Assembly (NCBI GenBank): GCA_964409945.1 | Contig: CAYPFJ010000007.1 | Span: 18,635-82,634 of the forward strand | Direction: 5' to 3' | DNA from: an uncultured archaeon | Lineage (GTDB): Archaea > Asgardarchaeota > Lokiarchaeia > Sigyniarchaeales > SOKP01 | DNA: 64,000 bases | Shown: positions 8,110-16,892 of the stretch, piece by piece | Numbering within the stretch: position 1 is the first letter of the stretch | How the letters are laid out: each line of letters opens with the position of its first letter | Notes under the pieces: generated by a model | Databases searched by the model: none | Told to the model about the DNA's origin: nothing | The model's input: only the letters and a program-made list of their open reading frames with translations | Translations under genes and position numbers: made by a program

Positions 8110-9117
8110 ATGAAAGCAGCTGTATATGATGGAAGTAAAATAACAATAAAAGATATATCAGATCCAGAAATAAAAGAATCTCAAGCTTTAGTTCGAGTCA
8201 AAAGGGTTGGTATTTGTGGAACAGATTTAGCAATCGTAAATGGACATTTACCAACACCTACTCCTATTATACTGGGGCATGAATTTGCTGGAGAAGTTGT
8301 AAAAGTAGGTGAACAAGTTGATCATTCTTGGTTAAATAAGAGAGTCACTTCAGAAATTAATAGCAATATTGATTTTAATTGTTATTACTGTAAAAAGGGG
8401 CAATATACTCAATGCGTATCTCGTAAAGCTATTGGGATTGATATAGATGGGGCTTTAGCAGAATACATTGCATTAGATTCTTATTTATTGCATGAAATTC
8501 CTGATACAATCCCTTACGATGAGGCTACATTTATCGAGCCTCTCGCTGCAGCTTATCAAACATTTGAAATGATGCCAATTGATAAAGATGATAAAAATAT
8601 TGCATTATTTGGTCTTGGAAAGTTAGGATTATTAATCACTCAAGTAGTATTATCTAAAGGATTAATATTAATAGCTATAGATGGTTCTGATAAAAAACTT
8701 AATCTTGCAAAACAATTTGGGGCTCATCATCTAATCAATAGGGTGACATGTAAAGATGTTCCCAATGAGATCATAAATCTGACTAATAATTTAGGCGCTG
8801 ATATTGTAATTGATACAACTGGTAATCCTAATGCACTAAGGGAGATTGTTGCTTCTTGCAGAACTCGAGGAAAAATTCATGTAAAGAGCACTCATGGACT
8901 TGAAACACCAATTAATCTCACTGATATTGTTGTCCGCGAACTAACGCTTTATAGCAGTAGATGTGGACCATTTGAAAAAGCAATTGATGGTTTAAAATCT
9001 GGTAATATACAAGTTAGGCAATTAATTTCGAAGAAGGTCAAATTAGATGAAATAACTGAAGCTTTTAACTCTTATAAAATGAGTAATGATCATATTAAAA
9101 CTATAGTTCAAATATAG
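8110..9117 (+). CDS. Zinc-dependent alcohol/threonine-type dehydrogenase (MDR superfamily)
   Basis: GICGTDL, GHEFAGEV, structural-zinc Cys cluster CYYCKKGQYTQC, Rossmann motif FGLGKLGLL. ATG at 8110 is preferred over TTG at 8098. Confidence 0.8.
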   Translation: MKAAVYDGSKITIKDISDPEIKESQALVRVKRVGICGTDLAIVNGHLPTPTPIILGHEFAGEVVKVGEQVDHSWLNKRVTSEINSNIDFNCYYCKKGQYTQCVSRKAIGIDIDGALAEYIALDSYLLHEIPDTIPYDEATFIEPLAAAYQTFEMMPIDKDDKNIALFGLGKLGLLITQVVLSKGLILIAIDGSDKKLNLAKQFGAHHLINRVTCKDVPNEIINLTNNLGADIVIDTTGNPNALREIVASCRTRGKIHVKSTHGLETPINLTDIVVRELTLYSSRCGPFEKAIDGLKSGNIQVRQLISKKVKLDEITEAFNSYKMSNDHIKTIVQI

Positions 9118-9249
9118 AGCTGTTTTATTTATCAAAACTCAAGAATAAATAAGATATTTTCAAAAAACAATGAATATTTTAGAAAATAAATTTTAATTAA
9201 TACCTATACCTTTAAAATTATAAATTGTTTCTTTTAAGGAAAAGTATTT

Positions 9250-11079
9250 ATGGATACTACAGAATTACCATCGATTGAAAGTGTTTCAGAGAATAAAACC
9301 ATTAAAGAAGAAATTAAAAATCAATATTTTTGGTATCTTTTTGTCCTTTTCACAATATTTTTGGCTTCATTAGTTATTCCCGCAATTGTGTTTCTAATGT
9401 ATGTATTTTTCTTTTTTTTACCTAATTTTTTAGATACTACTAGTTTTTTAGCCCTTTTTACAGAATTTAAACCTATGATAGCATTGATCTCTATGCCTTT
9501 AGTCCTCATTGGTTGTTATCTTATTCGACTATTCTTTATAGGTTTAATTACACGTGGTTTTTGGTATCTAACTGAAAAAAGATCCCCTAGTAAAGATGGT
9601 ATTATACCAAGAAATTTTCCTAGTAAAACATTAAATTATTATCAAATTAGAGGTTTCATGATTAAATATGGAAAGAATGCCTTTATGAAAGGTTCTTTTC
9701 CTTGGCTTAGCAACTGGTATTTTAATTTTATAGGCGCAAGCAAAATTGGAAAGGGTACTACCTTAGAGGAATCTGTCAGTAGTGACAAATTTATTGAAGT
9801 AGGGCGAAATTGTTATATAGGAGTTAACTCTGCGTTAGCTAGCCATGTTATTGAGGGAATTTTTGGAAATATCTCCTATTTTAAAGTAAAAACAGGAAAT
9901 AATTTTACCGCAGCAGCTAGTAATATTTTAGGACCCGGTTCTGAAGCGTATGATAATTCTTATTTACTTCCTTTAGCCTCAACTACCAAACATAGCGTAA
10001 TTAAAGGAAATAATTATTACTGGGGCATGCCATTAAGAAAAATTTTCAGAAAGAAGATTATGAAATTTTTAAGAATATCGCCAAAGGATTTAGAGAAAGG
10101 TGAAAATATTGGAGGTTATAAAGATAAGAAATTGTTTAAAAAATTGAGAGCTCAGAAACGTTCGAAGCAAACTGAAGCTGAACCCAAGATAGTATTAGAT
10201 AACGGAGACTTAAAGAAGGAAAATATTAATCTAAATGATATTGATAAAAAAGAATTAAGAATTGATTTTACCACTAGTAGTGCGATTTCAAGGATAAATA
10301 TAAAATTTTTAGTAGTTTATATCCCAATTTTTTGGTTGTCTGGCATGACAGATACCGTGATCTTTTACTCTTTCACTCATTACGTGCAAAATTGGGTATT
10401 AATGGCATTTTTTTTACCAGCAATATTAATTATTATGTGGTTTATATTTATTTTAGGATGTTTTTTCTTTAGCAAACTCTTCTTGATACTAATTAATTTA
10501 ATACATAAGCCAAAAGAAGGGATATTCAAAGCTGAAAAAGGAGATGCTGATTTTGAATTTTGGTGTTTACGAACTGAATTAAAAAAAGTAGCTTTTTGGT
10601 TTATTAGAAATTGGCCCCTTCCTTGGATGGATATTTTGGCTTTTAAATGGTTCGGCACCAAAATGAGTTTATCAAGCACGTTATGGGACTCATGGTGCGA
10701 TGGAGAATTTATTAAATTTGGACGTAGGGTAATAATAGGGCAAGGTGCTACTGTTATGTCCTCTATGGTCGTCGGAAAATATTTATTAATTAAAAAAGTC
10801 ATTCTAGATGATTATGTTGTTATTGGAGGTCAGAGCATTGTAGCTCCAGGAACGATCGTTGGTAAGGATTCAGTAGTCGGTGCTCTTAGTACAACTAACT
10901 ATGATCAGATCCTTGAGCCGGGATGGATTTATTTTGGAATTCCTGTCATTCAATTAAAGAAAAATAAATATTCCGAAGAACGTCGAGATATACTTATGAA
11001 ACGGGATGTTGATGAAGAAAAGAAGTATGAAATTAAACATGAAGTCAATATTGATGAAGATAAAAAAGAATTTGCATAA
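9250..11079 (+). CDS. Double-module membrane protein: two tandem (2 hydrophobic segments + LbH) units, types N+A; paralog of 11632..13512
   Basis: N unit: SPSKDGIIPRNFPSKTLNYYQIRGFMIKYGKN..WYFNFIGASKIGKGTTLEESV..IGVNSALASHVIEG. A unit: INLIHKPKEGIFKAE..FEFW..GQGATVMSSMVVG..VIGGQSIVAPGTIVGKDSVVGALS, with tail EVNIDEDKK. 609 aa. Confidence 0.6.
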   Translation: MDTTELPSIESVSENKTIKEEIKNQYFWYLFVLFTIFLASLVIPAIVFLMYVFFFFLPNFLDTTSFLALFTEFKPMIALISMPLVLIGCYLIRLFFIGLITRGFWYLTEKRSPSKDGIIPRNFPSKTLNYYQIRGFMIKYGKNAFMKGSFPWLSNWYFNFIGASKIGKGTTLEESVSSDKFIEVGRNCYIGVNSALASHVIEGIFGNISYFKVKTGNNFTAAASNILGPGSEAYDNSYLLPLASTTKHSVIKGNNYYWGMPLRKIFRKKIMKFLRISPKDLEKGENIGGYKDKKLFKKLRAQKRSKQTEAEPKIVLDNGDLKKENINLNDIDKKELRIDFTTSSAISRINIKFLVVYIPIFWLSGMTDTVIFYSFTHYVQNWVLMAFFLPAILIIMWFIFILGCFFFSKLFLILINLIHKPKEGIFKAEKGDADFEFWCLRTELKKVAFWFIRNWPLPWMDILAFKWFGTKMSLSSTLWDSWCDGEFIKFGRRVIIGQGATVMSSMVVGKYLLIKKVILDDYVVIGGQSIVAPGTIVGKDSVVGALSTTNYDQILEPGWIYFGIPVIQLKKNKYSEERRDILMKRDVDEEKKYEIKHEVNIDEDKKEFA

Positions 11080-11094
11080 AAAGACATAAATATT

Positions 11095-11520
11095 TTAAAT
11101 TTTATTTATTTTTAATTGCTCTTTTAAAAATCTCTTTAAACTACCACACATCTCTTTCAAAACCTGTTTATCTTGATAGAATAGATTAGTTCTAGGGCAA
11201 TCCTTATCAAATATACACTTTTTCCTGTGAAAATCGAATACTAAAGGGTAAAATCTGCAACCTTGAGGACGAAACTCATAAATAGTACAAATTTTTAAAA
11301 GCTTGTCAAAAAAGACACAATATCCTTCAACATTTTTTAGTTGAAAAAGATCATCCTTGTTTTTAACAATAAATTCTCGCTTTCTTTTATGATTTTGGCA
11401 TTTTCTCATTATCAAATCAATATCTTGTTCGGAAACAATCATCTCTGTCTCTATACAACACTTTCCACAATTTTCGCAATCATTGGACATGGTTGTTTTT
11501 TCTTTTTGCCTAAGACTCAT
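11095..11520 (-). CDS. YkgJ-family cysteine-cluster protein (CxxCxxCC zinc/iron-chelating domain)
   Basis: CENCGKCC near the N-terminus and GYCVFFD..CTIYEFRPQGCRFYP, the typical second half of the PF03692-type domain. Confidence 0.7.
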   Translation of the reverse strand: MSLRQKEKTTMSNDCENCGKCCIETEMIVSEQDIDLIMRKCQNHKRKREFIVKNKDDLFQLKNVEGYCVFFDKLLKICTIYEFRPQGCRFYPLVFDFHRKKCIFDKDCPRTNLFYQDKQVLKEMCGSLKRFLKEQLKINKI

Positions 11521-11631
11521 AACTTTAAAAGAAAAAAAAAATAACTATTAAAGTATAATAAGTATCAATTGTTTTTTAATGAAGAAAAAATTAACGAAAT
11601 TTATAAATCGTAATAAGAATCAATAGTAAAA

Positions 11632-13512
11632 ATGAGTGAAGAAGGAAAAGAATCTGAGCTTTCTGATTCCGATGATTCTAATAACAAAGTTATAAAAGAA
11701 GAAATCAGTCTTCAATTTCATTTATATATTATTATTTTTGCTATTATTTATTATATTTCATGGATTATACCGGGATTTGTATTTTGGTTATATTTTTTCT
11801 TCCCTTTTCGAATATTCTTTTTAGAAAATCTCGATTTTTTATCTCTTTTTACTAATTTAAGTTCTCTAATAACGTTGTTAATTATGCCTTTAGTTATTAT
11901 TGGCTGTTATTTAATCCATTTAATGCTGATTGGATTAACAACACGATTTATTTGGGGAATTACTGAAAAAATTTCACCATCAAAATCAGGTATCATTCCA
12001 AGAAATATTAGAAGTAGGGTAGCGAATTATTACCATATTAGAAGTTTTATGATAAAATACGGAAAAAATACATTTATAAAAGGTATGTTTCCATGGTTAT
12101 CTAATTGGTTTTTTAATTTTGTTGGGTCAAACAAAATTGGTAAAGGAACAACCTTGGAGGAGTCTGTAGGGAATGATAAATTTATTAACATCGGGGAGAA
12201 CTGTTATATTGGTGTTAATTCTACATTAGCGAGTCATCTAATTCAAGGAATCTTCGGAAATATCTCATATTTCGAAATTGTAGTTGGTAATAATGTAACC
12301 TCTTCTGCTTTTGGTAATATTGGTGCAGGAAGTGAAATTTATGAAGATGCATATCTATTACCTCTAGCATCTACACCAAAACATAGTATACTAAAAGGTA
12401 ATAACTCATATTATTTTGGAATTCCAATGAGGAAAATCTTTAGAAAGAAACTAATGAATTATCTAAATGTAACACCAAAAGATTTGGAGATGAATGAGAA
12501 TATTGAAGGGTACTCAGATAAAAAATTATTAAAAGAAATAAAAGAGAAGAAGAGTTATCATGAAAAAGATGATGAAAATATTGATAAAGAGCAGATTCTG
12601 GGTGATCTACAAGAAGTTAAAATAGCATTGGATAAATTAACCGCAGAAGATTTAGCGATTGATTTCACAACAAGCTCTGCAATAAGTAGGGTAAATGTAA
12701 AGTTTTTAATTGTATATATACCAATTTTTTGGCTTTCGGGCTTAATCGTAACTATAATTTGGTACTGGTATTCTAAATCTCAAGTTTCATCGAACTTCCA
12801 ATGGTCATTTTTCTTTTTCTTCCCAATTGTTTTGTTCGGATTATTATATATCTTTAATGCGGGATGTCTTCTTTTTAGTAAGCTGTTTTTAATTTTAATA
12901 AATTTAATTCATAAACCTAAAGAGGGCGTGTTTAAAGCAGAGATTGGAGATACTAATTACGAATTTTGGATGATGAGAACTGAACTAAAGAAAATTGCTT
13001 TATGGTTATTTCGAAATTCACCATTTCCGTGGACCGATGCTTTAGCTTTTAAACAGTTAGGGATTAATATGGATTTTTCAAGCCATTTAGCTGATACTTG
13101 GTGTGATTCTGAATTTATTAAATTTGGGCGTAAAGTATTGGTTGGTCAGGGAGCTACAATTATGTCCAGTATGGTAATAGGTAAATATTTACTAATTAAA
13201 AAAGTATTTTTTGATGACTATGTAATGGTTGGAGGTCATACGACGATTGCTCCGGGAACGATAATAGAGAAAGAATCGGTTATCGGTGCGATAAGTTCAA
13301 CAACCTATGATCAAGTTCTAAAACCTGGTTGGATTTATTTTGGGATACCTGCGAGGGAATTAAAAGAAAATAAATATGCTGAAGAGAGAACAGATATAAT
13401 AATTAAACGCCAAGTAGCTGAAGCCAAAAAATTTGAAACGACACTTGAAGTTAATATTGATGAAGATAAGAAAGAATTAATTAAAATAAAAAAAAAGAGG
13501 AAAGAAAAATGA
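11632..13512 (+). CDS. Double-module membrane protein (types N+A), paralog of 9250..11079
   Basis: 626 aa with the same block order as 9250..11079: GIIPRNIRSRVANYYHIRSFMIKYGKN..FNFVGSNKIGKGTTLEESVG; INLIHKPKEGVFKAE..YEFW..GQGATIMSSMVIG; EVNIDEDKK. ATGA overlap with the next gene. Confidence 0.6.
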   Translation: MSEEGKESELSDSDDSNNKVIKEEISLQFHLYIIIFAIIYYISWIIPGFVFWLYFFFPFRIFFLENLDFLSLFTNLSSLITLLIMPLVIIGCYLIHLMLIGLTTRFIWGITEKISPSKSGIIPRNIRSRVANYYHIRSFMIKYGKNTFIKGMFPWLSNWFFNFVGSNKIGKGTTLEESVGNDKFINIGENCYIGVNSTLASHLIQGIFGNISYFEIVVGNNVTSSAFGNIGAGSEIYEDAYLLPLASTPKHSILKGNNSYYFGIPMRKIFRKKLMNYLNVTPKDLEMNENIEGYSDKKLLKEIKEKKSYHEKDDENIDKEQILGDLQEVKIALDKLTAEDLAIDFTTSSAISRVNVKFLIVYIPIFWLSGLIVTIIWYWYSKSQVSSNFQWSFFFFFPIVLFGLLYIFNAGCLLFSKLFLILINLIHKPKEGVFKAEIGDTNYEFWMMRTELKKIALWLFRNSPFPWTDALAFKQLGINMDFSSHLADTWCDSEFIKFGRKVLVGQGATIMSSMVIGKYLLIKKVFFDDYVMVGGHTTIAPGTIIEKESVIGAISSTTYDQVLKPGWIYFGIPARELKENKYAEERTDIIIKRQVAEAKKFETTLEVNIDEDKKELIKIKKKRKEK

Positions 13513-14459
13513 GTGTACCAAATACAATGCGTGTTGGTCCTTTCACCTCAAATGTGCTCGTGCGGAAACGTTATTTATTTTTTTACATCTTGCTTATTTG
13601 GGCAAGTGTAATTCCAATCCTCTTAGAATTTTGGGTTTATTGGCGTTTTTTATGGCACCCGATAAGACCAGTTCATTTCTATACATTTCTTCCACTTTTA
13701 GCTTTCTTAATGTATATTACTTTAGTTTTTTCTTCAATACTTTTTGCTAAGATCTTATTAATTATAATTAATGCATTCCATAAGCCTCGAGAAGGTGTTT
13801 TCTTACGAATTCCCGCAGATCGAGATTATCGAAATTGGAGTCTTCGGAATACTATCAAAAGGTGGCCAACTTGGCTTGCCCACAGATTTCCTTTCCCTGG
13901 CTTTTTAGATAATGTATGTTTTAAAATGTTTGGAGTGAAAACCAAAATTTCGAATTCCTTATTTGAGGGTTGGGTGGATACTGAGTTCATCGATTTTGGT
14001 AGAGATGTAGTTATTGGACAAGGAGCAATTGTTCAATCTGCTGTAATTATAGGGAATCTCTTAATAATTAGGAAAACAATTATCGGAAATGATGTTAGAA
14101 TAGGTTCACATGCCATAATTATGCCAGGTACCCATATCGAACATAATTGTATTTTAGCTGCTAATTCTGTAACTACGGTAGGACAGGTTTTAGAAAGTGG
14201 ATACGTTTATGCTGGTATTCCTGCAAAAAAGTTTAAAAGGAACTATTTTTTTGAGGATGGGTTGGAGGATAAGATAGGTCATGTTGAGGATGTTGAGGCG
14301 TTAAGAGAAAAATATGAACAGATTTATACTAAAAGATATGATAAATTGAAACTTAAAGAGCGTCGTGAGTTAAAGAGAGAAAAGAAAGAAGAGGAAAAGA
14401 AGAGATTTGACTATGCGGCTGATGAATGGGAAGAATTTGACGATGGTTTCAATATTTAA
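13509..14459 (+). CDS. Single-module membrane LbH protein, type B (paralog of 943..1818), with highly charged C-terminal tail
   Basis: INAFHKPREGVFLRIPADRDYRNWSLRNTIKRWPTWL..FEGWVDTEFIDFGRDVVIGQGAIVQSAVIIGNLLIIRKTII. 4-nt overlap with the upstream gene. Confidence 0.6.
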   Translation: MSVPNTMRVGPFTSNVLVRKRYLFFYILLIWASVIPILLEFWVYWRFLWHPIRPVHFYTFLPLLAFLMYITLVFSSILFAKILLIIINAFHKPREGVFLRIPADRDYRNWSLRNTIKRWPTWLAHRFPFPGFLDNVCFKMFGVKTKISNSLFEGWVDTEFIDFGRDVVIGQGAIVQSAVIIGNLLIIRKTIIGNDVRIGSHAIIMPGTHIEHNCILAANSVTTVGQVLESGYVYAGIPAKKFKRNYFFEDGLEDKIGHVEDVEALREKYEQIYTKRYDKLKLKERRELKREKKEEEKKRFDYAADEWEEFDDGFNI

Positions 14460-14498
14460 CAAAAATTATTATATTCCAGTTAATTTAGCATCCTTATT

Positions 14499-15206
14499 TT
14501 ATGTTAAAATAAAATACATTCTTCTATTACTTTTTCCTTTATTAACGGTCTTAGTCACTTCAATTTTACCAATTTCTTTTAGATGATTGACATGAGTACC
14601 ACCATCTACTTGCTCGTCGATATCTCCTATTCTAACAATGCGAAATTCCTTAATATTCTTGGGTAATCCTACAGCTAAACGTGCTAATTCTGGTTTTCCT
14701 AAAACTTCATCTTTAGTCATGTAATCAATAGTAATTGGTAAATCCTTCTCAATGATATTATTTGCTTCCTCCACAAAATCTCGCAATTTTTCAGGAGAAT
14801 AATCTAGCATTGAGAAATCCATTCTTGTTTTATCTAATTCGATTTGATTTCCCGTAATTTTGGCATCAGCTCTTTTATAGAGGATATTACTTATTAGATG
14901 CGAAGCAGTATGATATCGCATAAATGTATATCGTCGTTCCCAATCAAGTTCACAACTAACAGCATAACCCTCCTTCAACCCTGGTTTATCTACTTCATGA
15001 CTTATTTTTCCTGAGAACTTTCCAACGTAAACTACTTTAAATTTTTGATTATCTTTTATAATAAAACCTTCGTCCCAAGGTTGACCACCTCCTTTAGGAT
15101 AGAAGGCAGTGTTATCAAGAACGACAAATTTATCATCTGTGACATTTAGAACTTTTGCATTCCAGCTTTTAAGGTAAGAATCATCCATATAGAGTGATCT
15201 AGCCAT
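14499..15206 (-). CDS. alaX: Alanyl-tRNA editing protein AlaX (AlaX-M type)
   Basis: LDNTAFYPKGGGQPWDEG, zinc-motif RYHTASHL, and VDGGTHV near the C-terminus. 235 aa. Confidence 0.85.
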   Translation of the reverse strand: MARSLYMDDSYLKSWNAKVLNVTDDKFVVLDNTAFYPKGGGQPWDEGFIIKDNQKFKVVYVGKFSGKISHEVDKPGLKEGYAVSCELDWERRYTFMRYHTASHLISNILYKRADAKITGNQIELDKTRMDFSMLDYSPEKLRDFVEEANNIIEKDLPITIDYMTKDEVLGKPELARLAVGLPKNIKEFRIVRIGDIDEQVDGGTHVNHLKEIGKIEVTKTVNKGKSNRRMYFILT

Positions 15207-15237
15207 ATAAAGAAAAAGAATATTTTACCTTATAACT

Positions 15238-15390
15238 TTAATCCTTTTCATGAATTTCAGAAGGTTTTGCGCCATCAAATAATTCTAATTTTAAAAATTT
15301 AACCTTTTTTTTACATTGAGGGCAATGGTAATATCCTGGTTCCTTGTTTTCAAAATGAAAACCACATTCTTTACAAACAGCGTAAAACAT
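15238..15390 (-). CDS. 50-aa zinc-ribbon mini-protein (CxxC..CxxC), paralog 1; absent from the ORF track
   Basis: Own translation: MFYAVCKECGFHFENKEPGYYHCPQCKKKVKFLKLELFDGAKPSEIHEKD*. It shares 27/50 identical residues with the neighbouring 15417..15569 product. Same strand as alaX, 31 nt upstream of it. Confidence 0.6.
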   Translation of the reverse strand: MFYAVCKECGFHFENKEPGYYHCPQCKKKVKFLKLELFDGAKPSEIHEKD

Positions 15391-15416
15391 ATAATAAAGA
15401 AAATTTAATTTAGTAT

Positions 15417-15569
15417 TTAATTTATTTCATGAAGTTCATTAGGCTTAGCACCACAAAAAGCTTCAAACTCAATAAACATCACTTCTTTGGAGCAATTAGG
15501 ACAAAAATATTTCCCTGGTTCCTTAATTTGGAAGGAATATCCACAATCTTTACATACTACGGCTTTCAT
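15417..15569 (-). CDS. 50-aa zinc-ribbon mini-protein, paralog 2; absent from the ORF track
   Basis: Own translation: MKAVVCKDCGYSFQIKEPGKYFCPNCSKEVMFIEFEAFCGAKPNELHEIN*. Same length and same Cys spacing as paralog 1. The track ORF 15429..15629 (+) is its antisense artefact. Confidence 0.6.
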   Translation of the reverse strand: MKAVVCKDCGYSFQIKEPGKYFCPNCSKEVMFIEFEAFCGAKPNELHEIN

Positions 15570-15752
15570 ACTATAAATTACTTTAATAAACTTTTAAAAA
15601 ATTCTTATTATGAATTAGAAACTGGATAAATATTAGTTAAATTTATAATAGGTCTATCGTAAAAAAAATGAATAAATAATAAGTCTTATATAATTATTTA
15701 TACGGATTTAGTATAACTTCGTAAATTTAGAAAGTTAAATAAGGGAAAATAT

Positions 15753-16790
15753 ATGAAGTTTGTTGAAGTAGCGGGTACTAAATTTGAAGTCAAAAATGGA
15801 TTTCTTGATTTAGTTCTTTTAGAAATAAAAGATATTAATGAAATACAAGGATTATCAAAACTAAAAGATTTAAAGAATTTAGAATTAAGCTCAAATGAAA
15901 TTGCGGTAATTAGAGGGTTAGATAACTTAACTGAGTTAGAAGTTTTAAATTTAGGGAATAATAAAATAGTTGAAATAAAAGGATTAGAGAATTTAGAAAA
16001 CCTCAAGATTCTACATCTTATAAGTAACCAGTTAACAGAGATAAAAGGTTTAGATAATTTAAGAAATTTAGAAGAATTATATTTAAGGGGAAATCAGATA
16101 ACAGAGTTAAAAGGTTTAGATAATTTAACCTCATTAAAAAGGCTTGATCTTTCTTGGAATCACATAACAGAAATCAAAGGTTTGGACGCTTTAACAAATC
16201 TTGAAGTAGTATGGATTGCGGGAAATAAAGTGGAAAAAATCAAAAATTTTGAAAAGTTAGAGAAACTGAAAGTATTAAATCTTGCTGGAAATCAGATTAA
16301 GAGTATTGAAGGGTTGGAGAACCTAAAGTGTCTCAAATCTCTTTATTTAAATAATAATTTAATTCAAGATATCCGTGGTCTAAATACTTTGGAAAACATG
16401 GAGACACTATGGCTTAACACTAACCAAATTTCAAAAATTGGAGGATTGGACAATTGTAAAGCTTTAAGAATTCTAAATTTAAAACAAAACAATATAACCC
16501 AGATAAAAGGATTATATTCTTTAAATGGATTAGAAAATCTCTTTCTTTCAGAGAATAATATTGGAGAAATTAAAGGTCTTGAAACGCTATCTAAGTTGGA
16601 AACTCTCGATTTAGGTCAAAATCGTATAATTCAGATTAAAGGATTAGAGGCTCTAATGAGTTTAAAGGATTTATGGTTAGCAGACAATCTAATTCCTCAG
16701 AAAATATTAGACCAATTAGGAGGATTAGATTCGGGGGGATGTGCAAACGATGCATTGAAATTTGTTCAGTATAGTCTTGTTAATTTATAA
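15753..16790 (+). CDS. Leucine-rich repeat protein, about 13 tandem 22-residue SDS22/internalin-type repeats, no signal peptide evident
   Basis: Repeats fit LxxLxxLxLxxNxIxxIxGLxx, e.g. LEVLNLGNNKIVEIKGLENLEN / LKILHLISNQLTEIKGLDNLRN / LEELYLRGNQITELKGLDNLTS. Confidence 0.85.
   Translation: MKFVEVAGTKFEVKNGFLDLVLLEIKDINEIQGLSKLKDLKNLELSSNEIAVIRGLDNLTELEVLNLGNNKIVEIKGLENLENLKILHLISNQLTEIKGLDNLRNLEELYLRGNQITELKGLDNLTSLKRLDLSWNHITEIKGLDALTNLEVVWIAGNKVEKIKNFEKLEKLKVLNLAGNQIKSIEGLENLKCLKSLYLNNNLIQDIRGLNTLENMETLWLNTNQISKIGGLDNCKALRILNLKQNNITQIKGLYSLNGLENLFLSENNIGEIKGLETLSKLETLDLGQNRIIQIKGLEALMSLKDLWLADNLIPQKILDQLGGLDSGGCANDALKFVQYSLVNL
15870..16730 (+). repeat. Diverged tandem 66-bp coding repeats (LRR units)
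   Basis: Periodic ..aaaggtttagataattta.. motifs recur every 66 nt inside the LRR gene. Confidence 0.7.
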
Positions 16791-16892
16791 CAATATTTTT
16801 AGAAATTTTTTAAATGTTAAAAAATAATAATACAAATTATATTTCATATTCAAATTTAACTTAAAAATAGAATTTTAAAAAGGTAAATAATT

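Noticed and set aside
15429-16006. Track ORFs 15429..15629 (+) and 15698..16006 (-)
   Set aside because: The first is the antisense shadow of the zinc-ribbon gene 15417..15569. The second is antisense to the LRR gene and reads the repeat in reverse, giving a periodic, Ser/Phe/Leu-rich artefact.
15870-16730. Regular 66-nt periodicity that could suggest a CRISPR-like or satellite array
   Set aside because: The repeats are in frame, diverged and encode canonical LRR units. There is no repeat-spacer structure. No CRISPR array was seen anywhere in the window.
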